Assembly: GCA_947039785.1 (NCBI GenBank)
Contig: CAMQZX010000001.1
Coordinates: 1 to 58,193, forward strand
DNA from: an uncultured Lachnospiraceae bacterium
GTDB lineage: Bacteria > Bacillota > Clostridia > Lachnospirales > Lachnospiraceae
Direction of reading: 5' to 3'
DNA length: 58,193 nt
In this document: positions 8,462 to 15,844 of the stretch, piece after piece
How the letters are laid out: each line of letters starts with the position of its first letter
Numbering within the stretch: position 1 is the stretch's first letter
Translations under genes and position numbers: made by a program
Notes under the pieces: generated by a model
What the model was told of the DNA's origin: nothing
Databases searched by the model: none
Seen by the model: the letters and a program-made list of their open reading frames with translations, nothing else

Positions 8462-10495
8462 CTACCGACATGGCCTTCCGTACAAACCGATGTTAGACGG
8501 AACCAATGGCCGGTAAACCACGCCATATGCTGTCCCTCGTGCGTCCACCTGCATCCCATTTCCTACATAAATCGCCACATGCCCAATAGACATAAATTCC
8601 CCCGCATTTGTATCACGGGAATGGAAGATCAAATCTCCTGGCCGTAGTTCATTTTCACTAACCTGTAGACCATTGTCTACAATATACTGTCCCTGTGTTG
8701 ATGCAACGGATGGAAGGTTTATACCAAATTCTGCATATAACCTCTGTACCAGAGAACTGCAGTCATAATATCCTTCCTCATACCGCAAATCCTGGCTATA
8801 CTGGCAGCCAACCTTATCTAACGCCGCAAGTGCCACCTGCTCGCCAATGCCGCTTGCAGGCATACTGTGCAGGAATTCGTCACTCATGACCTCACGCAGC
8901 AACTTCTCCTGACTGGGTGTCAGTTTGCCAAGTTCAATATAATCTTCATAGGTAAGGTTGTACACATATAATGAGGTGTGTGTTACTTCCACCGTGTTGC
9001 TGCCATTGGAATCAGCCAAAAATACCTCCATATCCTGATGTCCAAAATTCTGGGCTGTCCCATGGTCTCCAAAATACATATCAAAGTCTACACCATAACG
9101 GTCAAAATCTCCGGTATCCTCCACCACATATTCCTTTCCGCCTGCTATGATATGTGTCCCCATAGGAAGCGTGGGATTATAAGCATCAACGGCCAGGGTG
9201 TGGTCTGCTTTCGGCATGACGCCGCTTGCCGTAGGACCTCCCGACCATTGGCCACAGCAGATAGAACAGTTGCAATAACCACTGAATGTCATGATTCCAA
9301 GGCTTTCACCGGCCCGGATCGTATCTGTCACTGTCTCAGATGCAAAGTGGTTCATTTCATCAAAAATCTCCTTTAAGTGCTTTTTATTCTTATCACTCAT
9401 GACGGTTGAGAAATTTCCCTGCCCGGTTCCATAACGCACCATATATACCATCATCACATCGGTAAAATTGCTACGAGCCACGCCATTCTGCATATTTTTG
9501 TAGGTTACATCCTCATCACTGTCCTCTTCCGCCGCCCTTACTTCCTCGTTAAATTCCCGGTAATACTCCGATAATACGCTTTGTACCGTATCCCCTTCCT
9601 GTAATGGCGGTAGAAAGAGAGCCAAAGGGGTGTTATACAGGATTACAATAATCAGGACAAAGGGCAAGGCAATCGTAACCAGCCCTCCCAATAACGGCCC
9701 CAACAGCCCCAGAAGATACAAAACAAGCTGTTTGACAACCAATCCAGCCCTCATGACGGCGATATCTTTTGCGGCTTTTGCAAAACTGTCCTTTTGTTCC
9801 TCACCACTTAGCTTGTTCACCATAAAAGCATACATGCGCCTCCGGATAGCTTTTTTCATCCGGGTATTTTCCTGTTCCTTTTTTACCCTTCCTCGCCTTA
9901 CTTCATTCTTTGAGGATATCTTCTCATCTTTTTTTCTGGTCTTTAATGTATCCCGGTCCTCTCCCGACATTTGTTGACTTTGAAATCTGTCCTCCGACTT
10001 CTGGTCCACTGCTTCGGGTCCCCGCTCCGTTCGTGTGAGGGTCACGGTATCTTTAAATCCAAAATCATAATCTTTCCGTTTAATATCCGGGCCGGAAACA
10101 TTGGCTAAGTGAAACTTAGGATCTTCTTTGCTGGCTTTTTGCTTCTGCTTTTCCCGGACAAAGTTCTCTTTTGGTTTCTCCTTCCGCTTCCGCCCTCCAT
10201 CATCTTCAAAATCTGCGTTCTTCTCACTTCCAGCCGAATATCTGGGATAAGTTTCTTTCCTTGATTCCTGGCGTGATTCCTGATCTGACTTCTTTTTCTC
10301 TTGTCTGGTTTGCCTTGTATTTTTATAATCCAGGGAACCCTCTTTCTTTCCTGGCTGCTTTCTAAACCCTGATACAGAATTCGCTGCAAGAACCGCACTT
10401 TTCTTATCTTCTTGTTCCTTCGGCTCTGATACAGGATGAATCTCCGTGGACTTCATGTGGATCTTTTTATCCGATAATGAGGCTTTTTCATCCAT
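8462..10495 (-). CDS. Conjugation-associated cell-wall hydrolase: K/E-rich N-terminal region, TM segment, 3D/lytic-transglycosylase-like domain, C-terminal NlpC/P60 peptidase
   Basis: ORF track. The C-terminus reads CQYSQDLRYEEGYYDCSSLVQRLY...GHVAIYVGNG (NlpC/P60 Cys-His signature). The middle reads GYCNCSICCGQWSGGPTASG...AVD...GGKEYVVEDTGDF (3D-domain-like). A hydrophobic segment reads LVLYLLGLLGPLLGGLVTIALPFVLIIVILY. The true start may lie upstream (see finding). Confidence 0.8.
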   Translation of the reverse strand: MDEKASLSDKKIHMKSTEIHPVSEPKEQEDKKSAVLAANSVSGFRKQPGKKEGSLDYKNTRQTRQEKKKSDQESRQESRKETYPRYSAGSEKNADFEDDGGRKRKEKPKENFVREKQKQKASKEDPKFHLANVSGPDIKRKDYDFGFKDTVTLTRTERGPEAVDQKSEDRFQSQQMSGEDRDTLKTRKKDEKISSKNEVRRGRVKKEQENTRMKKAIRRRMYAFMVNKLSGEEQKDSFAKAAKDIAVMRAGLVVKQLVLYLLGLLGPLLGGLVTIALPFVLIIVILYNTPLALFLPPLQEGDTVQSVLSEYYREFNEEVRAAEEDSDEDVTYKNMQNGVARSNFTDVMMVYMVRYGTGQGNFSTVMSDKNKKHLKEIFDEMNHFASETVTDTIRAGESLGIMTFSGYCNCSICCGQWSGGPTASGVMPKADHTLAVDAYNPTLPMGTHIIAGGKEYVVEDTGDFDRYGVDFDMYFGDHGTAQNFGHQDMEVFLADSNGSNTVEVTHTSLYVYNLTYEDYIELGKLTPSQEKLLREVMSDEFLHSMPASGIGEQVALAALDKVGCQYSQDLRYEEGYYDCSSLVQRLYAEFGINLPSVASTQGQYIVDNGLQVSENELRPGDLIFHSRDTNAGEFMSIGHVAIYVGNGMQVDARGTAYGVVYRPLVPSNIGLYGRPCR

Positions 10496-10667
10496 ACTCC
10501 CGGAGACAATCTTTTTTCCAAGAAGTCCAGATGTAGAACTTTTTTCAGTTCCCAGGTAATTATGCGTTTGTAATTTTACTTCCGCGTCTGCCTTCAGTTT
10601 TATCTGTGCTTCTTTTTTACTTTTAAATCGGTTGTCAATGATTCGTATTCCTCCCTTCAGCTATTAC

Positions 10668-11168
10668 TCATATCTTTTTCACCTGATAATAGAGGCTTTC
10701 AAAGTGGAATCCTTTTACACCCTTTAGTGCAGGACAGCAGAATCCAAAAGGAAGCTGATAACGTGGATCATACTTTTCTTTCAACATTTTGTATGCCTCC
10801 TCTACCGGCACATCCAGTTCCATGTATTCCGTTCCGTCAGGCATATACTTATCACTGAAAAGGACTACTTCTTCTAAAGTTCCTTTCTCAATCAGTTCAC
10901 TAACTTCCTCCGGAGTAAGTAAAGCTCCACACTTCTCATATACTTCATCCTTGAGTTTACGAAAATTGTATAACTCCCTGTCTTCCAGCATCATATAATC
11001 CCGTTCAAACAGGACGGCGATCTGATTTGGAAACACAATAGCCTCCACATTCATTTCCCTGCAGGCTGTCCGCGCTTCCCTTTCGGAACGGAATCGGTAT
11101 TCTCTCGGTATTTCGATTTCAACCTCCCACTCATACAATTGAAATCCAATACTGAATCCAAATCTCAT
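10668..11168 (-). CDS. Hypothetical protein (166 aa from the preferred start)
   Basis: The ORF track lists 10668..11279. The first 37 codons span two terminator hairpins. ATG 11168 (MRFGFSIGF) has the SD AAAGGTGGG upstream. Confidence 0.55.
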   Translation of the reverse strand: MRFGFSIGFQLYEWEVEIEIPREYRFRSEREARTACREMNVEAIVFPNQIAVLFERDYMMLEDRELYNFRKLKDEVYEKCGALLTPEEVSELIEKGTLEEVVLFSDKYMPDGTEYMELDVPVEEAYKMLKEKYDPRYQLPFGFCCPALKGVKGFHFESLYYQVKKI

Positions 11169-11189
11169 ATTCTCAACCCACCTTTCTGC

Positions 11190-11222
11190 AAAAAACGGCT
11201 GCAAATTTTCGCAGCCGTTTTT
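11190..11222 (-). terminator. Rho-independent (symmetrical, potentially bidirectional) terminator
   Basis: AAAAAA-CGGCTGC-aaattttc-GCAGCCG-TTTTT. Confidence 0.7.
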
Positions 11223-11227
11223 CCAAT

Positions 11228-11260
11228 AAAAAAAGTGGCCACTAGAAGCAACCACTTTTT
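11228..11260 (-). terminator. Second tandem terminator-like hairpin downstream of the HEPN gene
   Basis: An AAAAGTGG...CCACTTTT stem flanked by A and T runs. The loop contains the palindrome GTGGCCAC. Confidence 0.5.
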
Positions 11261-11345
11261 CTTGTAATACATTCTTCAATTTTTATTTATCCACAGACCG
11301 TTTTCCAGACAGCCACAACGTACTGGTGCGCCTGTATTTTATCTC

Positions 11346-11744
11346 CTATAGAACATTTTTATCCTTTAAATATCTTTCAATCTCACAGATAAACTCCTTT
11401 GCCTTTTCAATCTGTTCCTCTGCGTCTTGCCTTGAGGCAATGAAAAAATCCGAGTAATCCGATTGTTCACGCATGATAGAGGCATTTTTGATTATTTTAG
11501 AAGTCTCCTTCGCAAAAATCCCAGTTTTCACGAAATTTTGGTTAAAATACGCAATTACGCCGCTATGTTTACTGGAATCAAATCCTTCCAGTGCTGTAAT
11601 GGCACGCATGGCATGAAAAATAGAATAGTAGGAACGGTTCAGCGATGGTTTATACATACCGCCTGACAACATTTCTTTTGCCGCAGCTAAATCCTCTAAC
11701 GCACGCTGGTGACGGTACTTTGCTAATGTCTCTAAGCTGCCCAC
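11346..11744 (-). CDS. HEPN-domain protein (toxin partner of a HEPN-MNT pair)
   Basis: ORF track. Contains SYYSIFHAMRAITALEGFDSSKHSG...REQSDYSDF, the typical HEPN (PF05168-type) pattern. It overlaps the upstream nucleotidyltransferase gene by 13 nt. Confidence 0.75.
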   Translation of the reverse strand: MGSLETLAKYRHQRALEDLAAAKEMLSGGMYKPSLNRSYYSIFHAMRAITALEGFDSSKHSGVIAYFNQNFVKTGIFAKETSKIIKNASIMREQSDYSDFFIASRQDAEEQIEKAKEFICEIERYLKDKNVL

Positions 11745-12061
11745 AGTACCACCCCTTCTTCCTTCACATTCTTATAGAATGGTAAAGTATCCTCCCACTC
11801 CAAAAAGTTTTTATAGTCAATATACAGAATGGAAAAGACCTGATCATATTCCAAATCCATATCCACCGCCAGGTCCACCATACGGTCATGCATCTCTTTT
11901 GTTTCTTTTCCGTTCAATAAAACTGCTATATCAATATCCGATTCCTTTGTATTGGTTTTACGGGCAAATGAACCATATAGTAAAATACTTACCAATTTAT
12001 CACCGTAAATATCACGCAGGCCCTTTACCAGCCTGTCAAACATTTCCTTATTCTTATCCAC
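11732..12061 (-). CDS. Minimal nucleotidyltransferase (MNT) antitoxin-type protein
   Basis: ORF track (GTG start, SD GGAGGG 7 nt upstream). Contains the LYGSFARKTNTKESDIDIAV nucleotidyltransferase signature (GS...DxD). Confidence 0.75.
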   Translation of the reverse strand: MDKNKEMFDRLVKGLRDIYGDKLVSILLYGSFARKTNTKESDIDIAVLLNGKETKEMHDRMVDLAVDMDLEYDQVFSILYIDYKNFLEWEDTLPFYKNVKEEGVVLWAA

Positions 12062-12095
12062 GCCGATTCCCTCCTGTCTTATCTTTTATATGGAT

Positions 12096-12124
12096 ATTGT
12101 ACCGTATTTTTTTCTTTTATTCAA
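12096..12124 (-). promoter_or_regulatory. Sigma-A type promoter for the MNT-HEPN pair
   Basis: Sense-strand TTGAAT (12124-12119), a 17-nt spacer, then TACAAT (12101-12096), about 35 nt upstream of the MNT start. Confidence 0.55.
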
Positions 12125-12142
12125 TGCATATATGAAAGCCTG

Positions 12143-13012
12143 TTATCTGGCCTGCTTTCGCTCCTTTGGATTTTGTACCCCGTGCTGTACCGGTTCAATA
12201 ATCTTCACTTCCGGCATCAGTCGTTTGATATCCTCAATTGCTTTCTGTACCAATGGGCTGTCACGATAATATGGGATAGAGTTGATAATATCCACATCCA
12301 GCCGGTTTGCTGACACCAGATCAAACTCACCGGAATAGATAGATTCATCGTCCTTGATTGTGAATCCAATCCCATTCCCCATGCACGCCATTTCTTCCGG
12401 GAGATTCCTGTATCGTTTCACAGCTTGTTCCAGGCTCCTGCACTGATACACTTTCCCCAACGAGTGAAACTCCATACATTCCGCCACGTAAAATGATATT
12501 GTGGGAATCGGCTTCTTTCCATACTCTACTCTGTTTTCTGCAGCTATTTCATTATATATTTTCTTCCCATCGGGCATCATATTCGCCTCCTTCATACTTA
12601 AATAGGTTCCCTTTCCTAATATAACGTGGTCTAACACAGTGATACCAATCAGTTCTCCACAAGCCACAAGCCTTTTAGTCACTGAAACATCCTGTTTGGA
12701 AGGTGTGCAGTCCCCTGATGGATGATTATGCATTAATATAACACTGGCCGCATTGGAAAGGATACTGGCTTTAAAGATTTCCCTCGGAGAGAGTATGCAG
12801 CTATTTAGCGTCCCCATGCTGGCAATATTTACGTTGATCACCTGCCCATTGGTCTGCATGTTAAGGACGAAAAATAATTCCCTGTCAACAGAATCGAATT
12901 CCTTTAATAAGAGTTGGACTGCATCATTCGGATTTTGGATTTTATCCTCACTGTATATGGGTGGATCATCAACCAGCCGAATACTTACCATTTTCAGCCC
13001 ATTTGCCTTCAT
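12143..13012 (-). CDS. radC: RadC-like JAB/MPN metalloprotein with a C-terminal extension
   Basis: ORF track. Contains the JAMM motif VILMHNHPSGDCTPSKQD. The C-terminal ~140 aa (ISFYVAECMEFHSLGKVYQCRSLEQAVKRYRNLPEE...GNGIGF) resembles modules seen in polyvalent mobile-element proteins. Confidence 0.75.
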   Translation of the reverse strand: MKANGLKMVSIRLVDDPPIYSEDKIQNPNDAVQLLLKEFDSVDRELFFVLNMQTNGQVINVNIASMGTLNSCILSPREIFKASILSNAASVILMHNHPSGDCTPSKQDVSVTKRLVACGELIGITVLDHVILGKGTYLSMKEANMMPDGKKIYNEIAAENRVEYGKKPIPTISFYVAECMEFHSLGKVYQCRSLEQAVKRYRNLPEEMACMGNGIGFTIKDDESIYSGEFDLVSANRLDVDIINSIPYYRDSPLVQKAIEDIKRLMPEVKIIEPVQHGVQNPKERKQAR

Positions 13013-13124
13013 CCGCTCCCCTCCAATCTATCACCAGTAACTCACCATCTTCAATACAGTTTATACGCATAGTAAGTTCGCTCTGTTTCAGTATTTCCAC
13101 ATTATTGTTATCCTGGCTATCCAT

Positions 13125-13814
13125 CTATCTTTTTGCCTCCTTATGTGTTTGTATCTGTGTGCTACCGTATATTTTGTCCAGATACTTTTCTGCCGCTTCA
13201 TCTATGGAAGAGTGAATATGGCGAGACACGGCAGAATACAGACTCAAACTGCCCTCGAAGGAATCTCCCCAATCGCGCCCATCGCGCACGGCCGACAATA
13301 TTAAATCTGCTCTACTGGGTGGTATATCCGGATCAAAGTAAATTTTATCCTCTAAGTACCCTATTTTGTTGTCACTCACAAATTTCTCCATAGCATCAAA
13401 CTTTTGTTCCCAATCCCGTAAAGTTTCCATATTAAGAAGCTGCTTAGAGAAAAGTGGAATACTGCCATACTGTCTGACTGCCATGTACAGCCAGTCCATC
13501 TTTTCATTTTCTATGCGTATCACTTCAAATTCATCCCTTCCAGCCTCATTCTTCAGTATTTTTCGTTTCCTGCCATATACCTGGCTTACGAAGGGATAGT
13601 CGTGCGAATTAAGGCCGCGGTAACACAATCTGTCAAAATCCCGGTCTGCAAGTTCAACCGTTGCAACTACACTGGCTTTGACTTCCTCAAAACGATCATG
13701 TTTCAAATCATCCAGATTAACAGATATCCATCTGCTTCTGTTTCCTGTCTTCAAAACCCTACACTCTATTGGAGGGAATAACTTTTGTACCTCGTTTACT
13801 TTCATTTCAGGCAT
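13125..13814 (-). CDS. Hypothetical protein (229 aa)
   Basis: ORF track. Tightly packed in the operon. No motif recognised. Confidence 0.55.
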   Translation of the reverse strand: MPEMKVNEVQKLFPPIECRVLKTGNRSRWISVNLDDLKHDRFEEVKASVVATVELADRDFDRLCYRGLNSHDYPFVSQVYGRKRKILKNEAGRDEFEVIRIENEKMDWLYMAVRQYGSIPLFSKQLLNMETLRDWEQKFDAMEKFVSDNKIGYLEDKIYFDPDIPPSRADLILSAVRDGRDWGDSFEGSLSLYSAVSRHIHSSIDEAAEKYLDKIYGSTQIQTHKEAKR

Positions 13815-13819
13815 GATGT

Positions 13820-14587
13820 TTATCTTCCTTTCCCATGTCCAGCCAATTTCATCTTTTCTTCCACACTGTCAGGGACTTTACTATCCCGTCCGGCTCTGTT
13901 ATCCAAAGCCCTCTGCGTAAAACCGTCCAATGATTTCTGCATATTTTCTGTGTACCCTGCCATACTTTTCACGATTTTCCCACAAAATTCTATGGCTTGC
14001 CTGATCTTTGCCACAATACCCTTATCGTAGTCATACTCAAAAACATCCGCTGCCTCTTTCCCCATAAGAAGATTTTTAGCATTTTTCCGGTGTCCCTTCG
14101 CTGCGCTAAGTTCCATCCCAATATCCCCCATGGTCCGTGCTCCATCTTCCAAGTTCTTGGCAGAATGTTCCAGGTGCTCATGAATTACCGACAGCGCCCT
14201 GCCTGCTTTTGATTTATCAATAAACGTGTATAGTGCCTGATCTCCATAATACTTTACATGCCCCACTGCCTGTTTAATACCTTCCGATACCTCATTTCTT
14301 AAAGCTCCCAGCCATACTTTCGCTGCGTGCACTCTATCTCCGGACGCCTTAACAAAATTGTCTATTTTAGCTTTCAGGGTTTTATCATTTAATTCGTCTA
14401 ACTGCCCGCGCAGATACAGCAATTCGTCCTGCATATCCTCAAAATACTTTTCCATCTGGTTAAAATACTGTAAAAAATCCTCCAGGTTCTGCGCCTGCGC
14501 GTCCATGCGGTTTTCCTCCATCATGGCAAACATTTCTTTTAAATGTGCCTGTTCTCCTAACGGAACATTCAACGATACCTCCATCAT
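13820..14587 (-). CDS. Hypothetical helical/coiled-coil protein (255 aa)
   Basis: ORF track. Heptad-like E/K/L-rich sequence. Confidence 0.55.
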   Translation of the reverse strand: MMEVSLNVPLGEQAHLKEMFAMMEENRMDAQAQNLEDFLQYFNQMEKYFEDMQDELLYLRGQLDELNDKTLKAKIDNFVKASGDRVHAAKVWLGALRNEVSEGIKQAVGHVKYYGDQALYTFIDKSKAGRALSVIHEHLEHSAKNLEDGARTMGDIGMELSAAKGHRKNAKNLLMGKEAADVFEYDYDKGIVAKIRQAIEFCGKIVKSMAGYTENMQKSLDGFTQRALDNRAGRDSKVPDSVEEKMKLAGHGKGR

Positions 14588-14599
14588 AGCTGCCTCCTG

Positions 14600-15382
14600 T
14601 TATCTCTTTTTTTCTGATTTTCCTGAAATACTGCTTACCTTTTCCTTTTTATCCCGATTCTCTGCTTCAATCATACGTTCATTTATTTTTGCATCGTTAA
14701 AACACTCAAAGATTGCATCCAGGTCAATATCTTCCGGTTCAAGGACCTGGTAAGAGTTTACGAGGAAAAAAGCATGTTCGGATATCAAATCATAATCGGA
14801 TTTTGGAATTGATGTTATCTCAAATTCATACTGTAACAGCTCCAAACAGGCGTTGAAAAGCTGTTCTGCCAGGGAATCCCCACGCTTATACAAAAGAGGG
14901 ATTTCCAGATTCTCCTGCCAGGTCCGCACACTCCGCAGGATACAGTCCAATGTTTCTGTATTGCAGGACCATGTATCCGCTTCTTCTATCTTTCCCTTCT
15001 CGCAATGTTCTGGCACAACGGGTTCTGGATCTTCCAATGTTCCTTCGACAATCATCTGCAAAATATCCTTTCCTGTCCCTCCAGCCTTAAGGACCCGTGC
15101 CGCTGCCCGCATCTCATACGGATACAAGCACAATTTCTCTTGTGATAAATTCATGACCTTAATGGCCGTTTCCTTGCCGAACTCATACTGAATAGCAGAA
15201 AAAACATGATAATAGGAATCCAGCCACTTCTCTACCGCTTTATTTTGCGGTAGCTCCCTAAAACCAGCATACTGTCCCATTGCCACACAGTCCTCTGCCC
15301 ATTTCACCCAGGTCCTAAGTTCCCCCTCTGTTGGCAGTTCCAGCAGATGTTTTACTACTAACACAAAGATATCTCTATTCAA
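14600..15382 (-). CDS. Hypothetical protein (260 aa)
   Basis: ORF track. No motif recognised. Confidence 0.55.
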   Translation of the reverse strand: MNRDIFVLVVKHLLELPTEGELRTWVKWAEDCVAMGQYAGFRELPQNKAVEKWLDSYYHVFSAIQYEFGKETAIKVMNLSQEKLCLYPYEMRAAARVLKAGGTGKDILQMIVEGTLEDPEPVVPEHCEKGKIEEADTWSCNTETLDCILRSVRTWQENLEIPLLYKRGDSLAEQLFNACLELLQYEFEITSIPKSDYDLISEHAFFLVNSYQVLEPEDIDLDAIFECFNDAKINERMIEAENRDKKEKVSSISGKSEKKR

Positions 15383-15401
15383 CGATGTTCCTCCAATCTT
15401 T

Positions 15402-15842
15402 CTACCTCGTCTTTGGTGGTTTTTTATTTGCCTTTGTCTGCTCTGGTTTTGCTATCTCATTGATGGCGCAGTATCTCTCTACTCCTGCCTTGTCAAATTC
15501 CTGCAGGCGTTTAAGGTCAAACGCCACCTTATAATAACTTTCCATGCCCGAATAACCCATTTCCGGAAGCACCTTTCCAAGTTTGTGCTTTTTAATAAAG
15601 TCCAGTTTGCTTTTACTGGCAAAGGCGTCAATGTATGCCTCATTTCTTTCGACAGGCATATGAGCCAAATTGATGGTCAGATCAGCAAAAGATTCCTCAT
15701 ATCCCTCCTCCATATGGGTAAGACCGATATACAGTCTGTTATCATAACGATAGGCATCAACTTCAAGCATCAGCTCCTCATGCCCAAATTCCCAATCATA
15801 ACCCAGTGTTTTTTTCTCTTCTTCCATTTCCTTACCTCTCAT
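15402..15842 (-). CDS. DUF4313-like protein
   Basis: ORF track. LTINLAHMPVERNEAYIDAF...KKHKLGKVLPEMGYSGMESYYKVAFDLKRL matches my recollection of the DUF4313 pattern. The alternative start ATG 15827 has a better SD (GAGAGGTAAGGA). Confidence 0.55.
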   Translation of the reverse strand: MRGKEMEEEKKTLGYDWEFGHEELMLEVDAYRYDNRLYIGLTHMEEGYEESFADLTINLAHMPVERNEAYIDAFASKSKLDFIKKHKLGKVLPEMGYSGMESYYKVAFDLKRLQEFDKAGVERYCAINEIAKPEQTKANKKPPKTR

Positions 15843-15844
15843 AA

